From positions 22,692,001 to 22,756,000 of the forward strand of contig OZ024753.1 in NCBI GenBank assembly GCA_964016885.1: DNA of 64,000 nucleotides, given 5' to 3'. A program made the translations under genes and the position numbers. Below the pieces are notes generated by a model. The model was not told where the DNA came from and did no database searches. It saw nothing but the letters and a program-made list of their open reading frames with translations. Positions 25,259 through 40,410 of this stretch are shown here, piece after piece. This DNA is from Eledone cirrhosa (Eukaryota). How positions within the stretch are numbered: position 1 is the first letter of the stretch; every line of letters starts with the position of its first letter.

Positions 25259-28200
25259 CACCATACCATACCATACCACGCCATACCACGCCATACAATA
25301 CCATGTAATATCATACCATACCACACCATACCACGCTATACCATACCATGCCATACTATACCATACTACGCCATACCATACACTACTACACCATACCATA
25401 TCATATCATACCATACCATAACACAACATACCACACCATACCATACTATAACATACCGTACCATACCACACCATACCATACCCTACCACACCATACCATA
25501 CGCTACCACGCCATACCATACCATACCACGCCATACCATACCATATCATACCATAACATAACACAACATACCACACCATACCATACTATAACATACCGTA
25601 CCATACCACACCATATCATACCATACCGTACCACACCATACCATGCCATACCATACCGTACCACACCATACCATACCATACCATACCATACCACACCATA
25701 CCATACCACACCACACCACACTACACTATACCATACCACACTACACCATAACACACTACACCATACCACACTACACCATACCATACCACACTACACCATA
25801 CCATACCATACCACACCATACGACACTATTCGATACCATACCATTGTACACATACCACACTACATCAAACCACACCATACAACACTACAGCATACCATAC
25901 CACAGTACACCATACCACATTACACCATCCCATACCACAGTACACCACACTACACCACACTATGCCACACTACACCACATTACACCATACCACACTACAC
26001 CATACCATACCACACTACACCACACTACACTATACCATACCACACTACACCATACCATACCACACTACACCATACCATACCATACCACACCATACGACAC
26101 TATTCGATACCATACCATTGTACACATACCACACTACATCATACCACACCATACAACACTACACCATACCACACTACACCATCCCATGCCACAGTACACC
26201 GCACTACACCGCACTATGCCACACTACACCACATTACACCATACCACACTACACCATACCACACTACACTACACCATACCACACTACACTACACCATACC
26301 ACACTACACCACACTACACACTACACAACACCACACTACACCACACCGCACCGAACCACACTACACTACACCATACGACACTTCACCACACTACACACTA
26401 CACCGCACCATATTACACCACACCACACCGCACTACACCACACCGCAACACACCACACTACACTACACCAATCCATACCAAACTACTCTACACCATACCA
26501 CACTAGACCATACCATACTACACTACACCATACCAAACTACACCATACCAAACTACACGACAGCACACCACACTACACCATACCACACTACACTACACCA
26601 TACCACACCACACTACAACATACCACACTACACTACACCACACTACACCACATTACACCATACCACACTACACCATACCACACTACACTACACCATACCA
26701 CACTACACTACACCATACCACACTACACCTCACTACACACTACACAACACCACACTACACCATACCGCACCGAACCACACTACACTACACCATACGACAC
26801 TTCACCACACTACACACTACACCGCACCATATTACACCACACCACACCGCACTACACCACACCGCAACACACCACACTACACTACACCATACCATACCAA
26901 ACTACTCTACACCATACCACACTAGACCATACCATACTGCACTACACCATACCAAACTACACCATACCAAACTACACGACAGCACACCACACTACACCAT
27001 ACCACACTACACTACACCACACTACACTACACCATACCACACCACACTACAACATACCACACTACACTACACCACACTACACCACATTACACCATACCAC
27101 ACTACACCATACCACACTACACTACACCATACCACACTACACTACACCATACCACACTACACCTCACTACACACTACACAACACCACACTACACCACACC
27201 GCACCGAACCACACTACACTACACCATACGACACTTCACCACACTACACACTACACCGCACCATATTACACCACACCACACCGCACTACACCACACCGCA
27301 ACACACCACACTACACTACACCAACCCATACCAAACTACTCTACACCATACCACACTAGACCATACCATACTGCACTACACCATACCAAACTACACCATA
27401 CCAAACTACACGACAGCACACCACACTACACCATACCACACTACACTACACCATACCACACCACACTACACCATACCACACTACACCATACCACACTACA
27501 CCATACCATACCATACCACACTACACCATACCATACCATACCATACCACACCATACGACACTATTCGATACCATACCATTGTACACATACCACACTACAT
27601 CAAACCACACCATACAACACTACACCATACCATACCACAGTACACCATACCACATTACACCATCCCATACCACAGTACACCACAATACACCACACTATGC
27701 CACACTACACCACATTACACCATACCACACTACACCATACCATACCACACTACACCACACTACACTATACCATACCACACTACACCATACCATACCACAC
27801 TACACCATACCATACCATACCACACCATACGACACTATTCGATACCATACCATTGTACACATACCACACTACATCATACCACACCATACAACACTACACC
27901 ATACCACACTACACCATCCCATGCCACAGTACACCGCACTACACCGCACTATGCCACACTACACCACATTACACCATACCACACTACACCATACCACACT
28001 ACACTACACCATACCACACTACACTACACCATACCACACTACACCACACTACACACTACACAACACCACACTACACCACACCGCACCGAACCACACTACA
28101 CTACACCATACGACACTTCACCACACTACACACTACACCGCACCATATTACACCACACCACACCGCACTACACCACACCGCAACACACCACACTACACTA

Positions 28201-31082
28201 CACCAATCCATACCAAACTACTCTACACCATACCACACTAGACCATACCATACTGCACTACACCATACCAAACTACACCATACCAAACTACACGACAGCA
28301 CACCACACTACACCATACCACACTACACTACACCATACCACACCACACTACAACATACCACACTACACTACACCACACTACACCACATTACACCATACCA
28401 CACTACACCATACCACACTACACTACACCATACCACACTACACTACACCATACCACACTACACCTCACTACACACTACACAACACCACACTACACCATAC
28501 CGCACCGAACCACACTACACTACACCATACGACACTTCACCACACTACACACTACACCGCACCATATTACACCACACCACACCGCACTACACCACACCGC
28601 AACACACCACACTACACTACACCATACCATACCAAACTACTCTACACCATACCACACTAGACCATACCATACTGCACTACACCATACCAAACTACACCAT
28701 ACCAAACTACACGACAGCACACCACACTACACCATACCACACTACACTACACCATACCACACCACACTACAACATACCACACTACACTACACCACACTAC
28801 ACCACATTACACCATACCACACTACACCATACCACACTACACTACACCATACCACACTACACTACACCATACCACACTACACCTCACTACACACTACACA
28901 ACACCACACTACACCACACCGCACCGAACCACACTACACTACACCATACGACACTTCACCACACTACACACTACACCGCACCATATTACACCACACCACA
29001 CCGCACTACACCACACCGCAACACACCACACTACACTACACCAATCCATACCAAACTACTCTACACCATACCACACTAGACCATACCATACTGCACTACA
29101 CCATACCAAACTACACCATACCAAACTACACGACAGCACACCACACTACACCATACCACACTACACTACACCATACCACACCACACTACAACATACCACA
29201 CTACACTACACCACACTACACCACATTACACCATACCACACTACACCATACCACACTACACTACACCATACCACACTACACTACACCATACCACACTACA
29301 CCTCACTACACACTACACAACACCACACTACACCACACCGCACCGAACCACACTACACTACACCATACGACACTTCACCACACTACACACTACACCGCAC
29401 CATATTACACCACACCACACCGCACTACACCACACCGCAACACACCACACTACACTACACCAACCCATACCAAACTACTCTACACCATACCACACTAGAC
29501 CATACCATACTGCACTACACCATACCAAACTACACCATACCAAACTACACGACAGCACACCACACTACACCATACCACACTACACTACACCATACCACAC
29601 CACACTACACCATACCACACTACACCATACCACACTACACCATACCATACCATACCACACTACACCATACCATACCATACCATACCACACCATACGACAC
29701 TATTCGATACCATACCATTGTACACATACCACACTACATCAAACCACACCATACAACACTACACCATACCATACCACAGTACACCATACCACATTACACC
29801 ATCCCATACCACAGTACACCACACTACACCACACTATGCCACACTACACCACATTACACCATACCACACTACACCATACCATACCACACTACACCACACT
29901 ACACTATACCATACCACACTACACCATACCATACCACACTACACCATACCATACCATACCACACCATACGACACTATTCGATACCATACCATTGTACACA
30001 TACCACACTACATCATACCACACCATACAACACTACACCATACCACACTACACCATCCCATGCCACAGTACACCGCACTACACCGCACTATGCCACACTA
30101 CACCACATTACACCATACCACACTACACCATACCACACTACACTACACCATACCACACTACACTACACCATACCACACTACACCACACTACACACTACAC
30201 AACACCACACTACACCACACCGCACCGAACCACACTACACTACACCATACGACACTTCACCACACTACACACTACACCGCACCATATTACACCACACCAC
30301 ACCGCACTACACCACACCGCAACACACCACACTACACTACACCAATCCATACCAAACTACTCTACACCATACCACACTAGACCATACCATACTGCACTAC
30401 ACCATACCAAACTACACCATACCAAACTACACGACAGCACACCACACTACACCATACCACACTACACTACACCATACCACACCACACTACAACATACCAC
30501 ACTACACTACACCACACTACACCACATTACACCATACCACACTACACCATACCACACTACACTACACCATACCACACTACACTACACCATACCACACTAC
30601 ACCTCACTACACACTACACAACACCACACTACACCACACCGCACCGAACCACACTACACTACACCATACGACACTTCACCACACTACACACTACACCGCA
30701 CCATATTACACCACACCACACCGCACTACACCACACCGCAACACACCACACTACACTACACCAATCCATACCAAACTACTCTACACCATACCACACTAGA
30801 CCATACCATACTGCACTACACCATACCAAACTACACCATACCAAACTACACGACAGCACACCACACTACACCATACCACACTACACTACACCACACTACA
30901 CCACACCACACCACACTACAATACACCACTCCAAACTATACCATACTACAGTTACCACACTACACCATACCATACCACAGTACACCAAACCATACCACAC
31001 TATACTACACCACACTACACCACACTACACCACACTACACCACACTACACCACACTACACCACACTACACCATACCATACCA
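25259..31082. repeat. Pentamer satellite (CCATA/CCACA/CTACA)n with higher-order structure
   Basis: landmarks recur every ~419 bp and again at 1735 and 2139 bp. Confidence 0.95.
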
Positions 31083-31154
31083 AGAAGAATATGGTGCTAC
31101 GTAGATATCTGTAATCAGTAAAATGGCGAAGTTACACCATCTTGGAGGAGGAAC

Positions 31155-34100
31155 CGTTGTCTCGTTGCAACACCAACCTAGATTAACCCAACCTTACAAC
31201 CGAGGTCTCGTTGCAACACCAACCTAGATTAACCCAACCTTACAACCGAGGTCTCGTTGCAACATCAACCTAGATTAACCCAACCTTACAACCGATGTCT
31301 CGTTGCAACACCAACCTAGATCTAACCAACCTTACAACCGAGGTCTCGTTGCAACACCAACCTAGATTAACCCAACCTTACAACCGAGGTCTCGTTGCAA
31401 CATCAACCTAGATTTACCCAACCTTACAACCGAGGTCTCGTTGCAACACCAACCTAGATTAACCCAACCTTACAACCGAGGTCTCGTTGCAACACCAACC
31501 TAGATTTACCCAACCTTACAACCGAGGTCTCGTTGCAACACCAACCTAAATTAACCCAACCTTACAACCGTGGTGTCGTTGCAACACCAACCTAGATTTA
31601 CCCAACCTTACAACGGAGGTCTCGTTGCAACACCAACCTAAATTAACCCAACCTTACAACCGAGGTCTCGTTGCAACACCAACCTAGATTCACCCAACCT
31701 TACAACCGAGGTCTCGTTGCCACACCAACCTAAATTAACCCAACCTTACAACCGAAGTCTCGTTGCAACACCAATCTAGATTTACCCAACCTTACAACCG
31801 TTGTATCGTTCCAACACCAACCTAGATTACCCAACCTTACAACCGAGGTCTCCTTGCAACATCAACCTAGATTTACCCAACCTTACAACCGTTGTCTCGT
31901 TGCAACACCAACCTAGATTTACCCAACCTTACAACGGAGGTCTCGTTGCAACACCAACCTAAATTAACCCAACCTTACAACCGAGGTCTCGTTGCAACAC
32001 CAACCTAGATTCACCCAACCTTACAACCGAGGTCTCGTTGCCACACCAACCTAAATTAACCCAACCTTACAACCGAGGTCTCGTCGCAACACCAACCTAG
32101 ATTTACCCAACCTTACAACGGAGGTATCGTTGCAACACCAACCTAAATTAACCTAACCTTACAACCGAGGTCTCCTTGCAACACCAACCTAGATTCATCC
32201 AACCTTACAACCGAGGTCTCGTTGCAACATCAACCTAGATTAACCCAACCTTACAACCGAGGTCTCGTTGCAACACCAATCTAGATTCACCCAACCTTAC
32301 AACCGAGGTCTCGTTGCAACACCAACCTAAATTAACCCAACCTAACTACCGAGGTATCGTTGCAACACCCACCTAGATTTACCCAATCTTACAATCGAGG
32401 TCTCGTTGCAACAGCAACCTAAATTAACCCAACCTTACAACCGAGGTCTCGTTGCAACACCAACCTAGATTTACCGAAACTTAGAACCGAGGTCTCGTTG
32501 CAACACCAACCTAGATTAACCCAACCTTACAACCGAGGTCTCCTTGCAACACCAACCTAAATTTACCCAACCTTACAACCGTTGTATCGTTCCAACACCA
32601 ACCTAGATTTACCCAACCTTACAACCCAGGTCTCCTTGCAACATCAACCTAGATTTACCCAACCTTACCACCGTTGTCTCGTTGCAACACCAACCTAGAT
32701 TAACCCAACCTTACAACCGAGGTCTCCTTGCAACACCAACCTAAATTTACCCAAACTTACAACCGTTGTATCGTTCCAACACCAACCTAGATTTACCCAA
32801 CCTTACAACCCAGGTCTCCTTGCAACATCAACCTAGATTTACCCAACCTTACCACCGTTGTCTCGTTGCAACACCAACCTAGATTAACCCAACCTTACAA
32901 CCGAGGTCTCCTTGCAACACCAACCTAAATTTACCCAACCTTACAACCGTTGTATCGTTCCAACACCAACCTAGATTTACCCAACCTTACAACCGAGGTC
33001 TCGTTGCAACACCAACCTAGATTTACCCAAACTTACAACCGAGGTCTCGTTGCAACACCAACCTAAATTAACCCAACCTTACAACGGAGGTCTCGTTGCA
33101 ACACCAACCTAAATTAACCCAACCTTACAACGGAGGTCTCGTTGCAACACCAACCTAAATTAACCCAAACTTACAACCGAGGTCTCGTTGCAACACCAAC
33201 CTTGATTCACCCAAACTTACAACCGAGGTCTCGTTGCAACACCAATCTAGATTTACCCAACCTTACAACCGTTGTATCGTTCCAACACCAACCTAGATTT
33301 ACCCAACCTTACAACCGAGGTCTCCTTGCAACATCAACCTAGATTTACCCAACCTTACAACCGTTGTCTCGTTGCAACACCAACCTAGATTTACCCAACC
33401 TTACAACCGAGGTCTCGTTGCAACACCAACCTAAATTAACCCAACCTTACAACCGAGGTCTCGTTGCAACACCAACCCTGATTTACCCAACCTTACAACG
33501 GAGGTCTCGTTGCAACACCAACCTAAATTAACCCAACCTTACAACCGAGGTCTCGTTGCAACACCAACCTAGATTCACCCAACCTTACAACCGAGGTCTC
33601 GTTGCAACACCAATCTAGATTTACCCAACCTTACAACCGAGGTCTCGTTGCAACACCAACCTAGATTAACCCAACTTTACAACCGAGGTCTCGTTGCAAC
33701 ACCAACCTAGATTCACCCAACCTTACAACCGAGCTCTCGTTGCAACACCAACCTAAATTAACCCAACCTTACAACCGAGGTCTCGTTGCAACACCCACCT
33801 AGATTTACCCAATCTCACAACCGAGGGCTCGTTGCAACACCAATCTAAATTAACCCAACCTTACAACCGAGGTCTCGTTGCAACACCAACCTAGATTTAC
33901 CGAAACTTACAACCGAGATCTCGTTGCAACACCAACCTAGATTAACCCAACCTTACAACCGTTGTATCGTTCCAACACCAACCTAGATTTACCCAACCTT
34001 ACAACCCAGGTCTCCTTGCAACATCAACCTAGATTTACCAAACCTTACCACCGTTGTCTCGTTGCAACACCAACCTAGATTAACCCAACCTTACAACCGA

Positions 34101-34648
34101 GGTCTCCTTGCAACACCAACCTAGATTTACCCAAATTTACAACCGTTGTATCGTTCCAACACCAACCTAGATTTAGCCAACCTTACAACCGAGGTCTCCT
34201 TGCAACATCAACCTAGATTTACCCAACCTTACAACCGAGGTCTCGTTGCAACATCAACCTAGATTTACCCAACCTTACAACCGAGGTCTCCTTGCAACAT
34301 CAACTTAGATTTACCCAACCTTACAACCGTTGTCCTGTTGCAACACCAACCTAGATTTACCCAACCTTACAAATGGGGTCTCCTTGCAACACCAACCTAG
34401 ATTTACCCAACCTTTCAACGGAGGTCTCGTTGCAACACCAACCTAGATTTACCCAACCTTACAACCGAGGTCTCATTCCAACACCAACGTAGATGTACCC
34501 AACCGTACAACCGAGGTCTCGTTGCAACACCAACCTAGATTTACCCAACCTTACAACCGAGGTCTCCTTCCAACACCAACCTAGATTTACCCAACCTTAC
34601 AATCTAGGTCTCGTTCCAATACCAACCTAGATTTACCCAACCTTACAA
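31155..34648. repeat. 46-bp tandem satellite, about 76 copies
   Basis: unit cgaggtctcgttgcaacaccaacctagattaacccaaccttacaac. Confidence 0.97.
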
Positions 34649-35014
34649 TGGCAATAAAAACTACAAGTTTCTGGATAATGGAAGACATCAGAACCTATGC
34701 GTGTTACGGGTCGAATATAATAAGATTTATATGATTTTCTAAGAGAACATTAGCAGATTAAACGATGTGAGATAGGCTTACATTTGTTTGTAGAAAATAT
34801 TTCGGAAAGTTATCAGGAATTATTATATCACAGACGGAATTTAAGCTCTGATATAACGTATAGTTAAGAACAACATGTTATGTATTCATATAGGTAGACA
34901 AAAGTGTCTGATAAACTTCTATAGAGAAGAAATAACAGAGTTAAATGTAAGTAGAATCTTCAAAATCATGAGCTATGCTTTCTCTCTTTCTCTCCCTCAC
35001 TCTCACATGTATAT

Positions 35015-35670
35015 ATATATAAGTATGTATACGTAAATACATATATGTATACAGACGTACAGTAGTATGCACATATATATACATTCATGCACACATATAT
35101 ATATGTACGCATGGATTCACCGAACATTTATTATAATGCTCAGTGTGTTTGTAAACAAACATTCCGTATTATTATGCCGTACAGCGTCTAGCAACCATCA
35201 ATGCTCATTTGTTCAACACTGACAAAGGAATGCGGTACCAGCTTCAAGCCTATTAGCTATCGTCAGCAACGTATACCTTCCTGCCAGATGGTTGAACGTC
35301 TGAAAGTATATACTTTCCTTATGCATATTAACGGCTGAGCAGCCCAATGTGCATATCGAGCAAGTTAATCGGCCGGGGTACCGAAAACGATAACACGGAA
35401 AAAATGAAACGAAATTTTATTTCTCACTCAAAGTACGGCTGTTACTTAAATATGTTGCTAGACGCTGTAAGGCTTAATTCGGGATGTTTGTTTACAAACA
35501 CACCGAGCATTGTAATAAATGTTCGGTGAATCCACGCGTACATATATATATGTGTGCATGAATGTATATATACACACTACTGTACGTCTGTATACATATA
35601 TGTATGTATACTTATATTTAAGTAACAGCCGTACTAAGAGTGGGAAATGAAATTTCGTTTCATTTTTTCC

Positions 35671-35675
<5 letters not shown>
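35015..35675. mobile_element. Second dispersed inverted copy of the 466-bp HHR family
   Basis: 35015-35452 colinear with the 48-kb unit (degenerate HHR 35230-35272, minus), 35453-35675 inverted; (TA)n flanks. Confidence 0.85.
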
Positions 35676-35718
<43 letters not shown>

Positions 35719-35723
<5 letters not shown>

Positions 35724-36660
35724 TAAACGAAATAGAAAATGCTGACAAATTGTTCACAGTTGAAAAATGGTTTAATTAGGAATAAAAGAGTATTAGTGAT
35801 TGTATGGGTTAGTATTCGGTTGTGGTTTTAAGTTTTTAAGTTTTTACCGGTTGCGCATTTCTAAATGCTTTTCAAAAATAATTTTGAGATAGAGTGTCCG
35901 TGCTGTTTGTATATATATATACATAGCTGTGAGTAACAAACAACATACACACATACATACGAACTACAACACAAAAAACTACAACACAAAACCACCTAAA
36001 TGAAAATCTCATATCCAACTCTATCACGTGCTTTGCATTGCACCTCACATAACAAATACCTACATTATCACCACATGCCTCTCTAACAATTATAACAATT
36101 ATAACATGCTCTAACACCCCACACAAAATATGTTTATTTCAACAGCATTATAACTCTTTCCTCATACATGCCTTATTGACTGTATTGACTCCTGCATTGT
36201 ACACCAATTTTCCTTGCTTATAACACTTTTGCCTGTGTTTTTTTTTTGCTTGTGATTTTTTTGCTTATGCTTTTTACTTATACCTATTACACTTTCAACC
36301 AGTTCTGCCTGTAATTGTGTTCTTTCAAGCAGAACATCTTTTTAACTCCCGACTCTCCATATGATGTCTATGACACTAACAACAGTTATGTACCCTAAAT
36401 TTTCTAAATGACTAGGGTTTTAGTTACATGTTTCGACATTCCTTATGCTCCGATGAATCCAGACTTCCCCCTGGAAGAAACAATTGTCAGCAAATAAATG
36501 TTCTAAACTAAAATTTGATCGTTTTAACACTTTGTATCTCGACTCTGTAAAACACCTGAACATTTGCATTGAGCCTTTTGTCATACCGGTAACCGTATAC
36601 AGACGTACTACCTTACATATTTATAGTTATATCAAACATATATAAATATAAATATTCTTA
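35719..36660 (+). mobile_element. Non-coding PLE pLTR remnant between (TA)n tracts
   Basis: 35720-35800 resembles 42138-42225 (end of the Neptune-like PLE); HHR at 36446. Confidence 0.6.
36446..36492 (+). ncRNA. Minimal type I HHR, U4->C variant
   Basis: tgct-CCGATGA-a-tccag acttcccc ctgga-a-GAAA-caattg-TC-agca. Confidence 0.68.
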
Positions 36661-36661
36661 T

Positions 36662-36750
<89 letters not shown>

Positions 36751-37235
36751 GTTTTCCGGGCCTTTCAGCACATCAAGCAGTTAGTAGTCGCCAAGTGATG
36801 TTGGCTGCCACCAGGTCTTTACGAAACATTCGTCGCCAGGTGGTCCTGAGGCAACCCCACCCCTATTTTCAGGCAGGTTGAGTCCAGTTCATCGCTGTTT
36901 TCCAGTGTTGTTTGTCGAAAGAGAGAAAGAGGTTTTTTAATAGGTGAATCATTTTCCTCTTTCAGACGAACATTAAGCTAGAAAACATGAGTTAATCCTC
37001 TTCTAAGACATAGGTTATTATACCAATTCATGAATGATGCTGACGTTGGAATATCCCTTTAATGTCCCAAGGTTAGAACTCTTTACAGTAATTAGTGGGG
37101 TTTCATAGGTAACGAGTGCTGTAGGAACTGTCAGATAGAGAGACAAGAAAATTACTCGTATATTGACTGAGATTCTGGCCAAGTTGAAACAACCCTTGAT
37201 AGAAGCCATTTTTATTTCATTTATACCACTGATTT

Positions 37236-37715
37236 CATCATCATCGCCGTCGTTTTAACGCCCGCTTTTCCCGCTAGCAAGGGTTAGACGGGTGTACATA
37301 GACCAAGTCAGTACTGAAGCGGGGCTACTGATCTCCCACATTGGCCAGGGGTCTGTCTCGCCAATGTACGATAACACGTTCCATCAAATGGACAGTAGAG
37401 CTTGTCATGTTTTTGACACAACTAAGGATCCTTGCGACAATTCATTTGATAATATGTCTACGGCTGGATGCCCTTCCTTACACCAACCCCTTTACATCAT
37501 ATACTGGGTTCGTTTATTGTGAGGATCTTGAACACTAAGGAAGTTGTCATATCTTCGACACAACTGAGGGTCCACCCAACCCTTTGTTTGGCAAGATTTC
37601 TACGGCTGGGTGTCCTTCCTTATATCAAGTTTATAGCGTATACTGGATGCGTTTATCTTGTAGATCACCAACACTATGGAAGTTTTCATCCTCTTGACAT
37701 GACTGAGGGGTGCTT
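37236..37715 (-). mobile_element. RTE-related non-autonomous repeat remnant
   Basis: (cat)n end, ttttaacgcccgcttttcc, duplicated ctacggctggatgcccttcct motif. Confidence 0.5.
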
Positions 37716-38453
37716 CCCTTTAAAAATATCAGCTAACATCTTCCCATTTCACCTGGGTCAACACTACTGTGCCTCACTGGTTAGTGAATAAAAACTGGGA
37801 GCTATATTTTAAGCGTCAAGTACAAGTATGAGTTTGAAGACGGGAAATTCTTGCCAGGAGTATTGGTCTCCGGCACTTATGAAGCAACTCTTGGTTGCAG
37901 CAGTGTATTAGATAGAACTTCGGACAATATGTCCCGTGGGATTTGTCCCTTAACTTTCTACATTCGAATTTCAAACTTTCTGAGCTTCATAATAGAAAAC
38001 TCTTCGTCATAATATGATTAGATTGTCCTATATTAAACATGGCGATTTTTGTGTTTTAGTAGGGATTCTAAACATAGATTGGCATGTTTATTCCTCCTTT
38101 CTGAAACTGTTTCGTCGTATGTTCACCAATTGATGCAGAAGTCCTAATAAAAAGTGAAGTTGCCTTGGGTGAATAGGCAAATAATTTTCCATTAAGATTT
38201 TTCAAAAGCATGTAATTGCGTTCCCTCTTTTTGTTGTTGTGTGATAGCAGCCGTTGGTCGTACTACTAACACAGTCTCGTCCTTCTTCAGCCAATCGTGT
38301 ATATCCCCGTCTGCCTCGTCAGCAATGAGAACAATATTTGCTCTAGGGTTCTTATATATTTGATATATATTTATCCTTATCGAGCCTCGTGAAATAAGTA
38401 CGTTTGTTTATATTTTGTTATTGTGTATGCCAAAATATCTGTACACGAATATA

Positions 38454-38503
<50 letters not shown>

Positions 38504-38542
38504 TAACAGATTAAAGTTTAAGCGAAGTATCGCTGCTTTCAC

Positions 38543-38648
<106 letters not shown>

Positions 38649-38696
38649 TATATATATATATGCTATATATACATATACACACACAGAGATAGCGAA

Positions 38697-39522
38697 GTCA
38701 ATGTCGTAATGCAGACAGCCAGACATACAAACAGATATTATAAGGGCGCGACATTATAGCTATGTATCTATCTAAAAAGACAGACTAAGAAAGAAAGAGA
38801 GATCGCTAACCGGCGCCTAATGCGGTCCCTAGGGCATTGAACATTTGAAATATTCTTTGGTCAAAACACACACACGACCATAAGTATTACATGTGTAAAG
38901 TTTGAAAAACATCGGTTGGGTGGTTCTCGAGATTTTGGGAGACAGACAGACAGACATTCTCTGTTTTAGATATATAGACTAGCAGAAAACCACCCCGGGG
39001 CGGTTTTCTGCTAGTCTATATATCTAAAACAGAGAATGTCTGTCTGTCTGTCAGCTCACTAAAACTTGAGAACCATCCAAGCGATTGTTTTCAAACTTTA
39101 GACGTGTAATACTTATGGTCCTGTGAGTGTTTTGAGCAAAGATTATTTCAAATTTTCAATGCCCTAGGGACTGCATTAGGCGATTTAGCGTTCTCTCTAT
39201 ATAATTCTTAGTCTTTCTTTTTAGATAGATACATAGATATAACGTTGCGCCCTTATAATATCTGTCTGTATGTCTGGCTGTCTGCATTACGTCATTATGA
39301 CGCGCTCAGCGCGATTCCCTCGGCCTCAGTGACCAAAGTCAGTGGAGAGGGGAAGGTAATGTTTCTGTAGCACGTGTTTTAGCGTCTATTCACTCCCCCC
39401 CCCGCTATCCCCCTCTCGTAGTCTGTCTGTCTCTTTCTTTCACTCTCACTCTCTCTCTACGCACGTGTTTCCACTGTCGGACAGACAGACAGAGAAATTG
39501 CTGGTTATATATATAAGTAGAT
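38697..39522. mobile_element. Helitron-like non-autonomous fragments forming a ~600-bp palindrome, plus a further 5' end
   Basis: 5' signature TCTATATATCTAAAA..(gtct)n on both strands around a central GC hairpin + CTAG (38979-39014); arms ~38697-38992 / 39002-39300; second TCTAC..(gtct)n end at ~39521 (minus). Confidence 0.6.
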
Positions 39523-40051
39523 GAAGGAATTCTGTTATATCAATAGATATTCTGCTATTTGTTTCTTATAATGGCTGCAATGTTTTATTTTACAAAGCTA
39601 TTTGTACAGAAACAAAATATACTATTAAAGAGAAATGAAAAGGAGAAGAAGAAAAAAAGAGTCAAGCAATGAAAGAAAATGTAAGGGGAGGGACAGGTAC
39701 TACACCTCAGTTGAAACAGTTCCACAGCCGTGCCCCTCGGACAAAATGGCAAAGATATTACCGTGGAGAATGGCTAGAAGCACGCTACAACAGCCACCAT
39801 CCCTGAAGGGGCTCCATCCTCAAGCGGGCAGCTGACTTTCCGATTTTACGGTGGACGTGCAGAGCGGAGAACAAAGACGCCATAGGTCTCGGCGGGGACC
39901 GGTACAAAGAGAAAGCGGTCGGTCAGGGCCCGCTATCTAACCTCTAAATTTTGGGCAGCGGATACCAGGTTTGTGGTCGAAGTGGAAACGTTGGAGGCAC
40001 AGAATGAGTTGCAATACGTCGCGTCACAAAGACCGAGTCACATATATTTTG

Positions 40052-40410
40052 CAGTAGAACATTTTCGTAATCTTACCATAGAACACTCTAGCAATCTTAC
40101 CATAGAATATTTTGGCAATCTTACCATAGAACATTCTAACAATCTTGCCATAGAACATTCTAGCATTCTTACCATAGAACATTCTAGCAATCTTAACATA
40201 GAACATTCTAGCAATCTTACCATAGAAGATTCTAGCAATCTTACCATAGAACATTCTAGCAATCTTACCTTAGAACATTCTAGCAATCTTACCATAGAAC
40301 ATTCTAGCAATCTTACCATAGAACATTCTAGCAATCTTACCATAGAACACTCTAGCATTCTTACCATAGAACAGCTTGCCGTAGAATACTATGGCAATCC
40401 TGCCATGTAA
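40052..40410. repeat. 24-bp tandem repeat, about 13-14 copies
   Basis: unit accatagaacattctagcaatctt. Confidence 0.93.

Noticed and set aside
25226-31104. Long His/Thr/Tyr/Pro-rich ORFs (up to 525 aa)
   Set aside because: By-product of a G-poor pentamer satellite that rarely forms stop codons; open in several frames
31155-34648. CRISPR array
   Set aside because: Units are contiguous with no unique spacers, there are no cas genes, and the context is eukaryotic
39973-40410. LTIEHSSN-repeat protein (LRR-like)
   Set aside because: 24-bp DNA tandem repeat open in several frames on both strands, with no supporting gene structure
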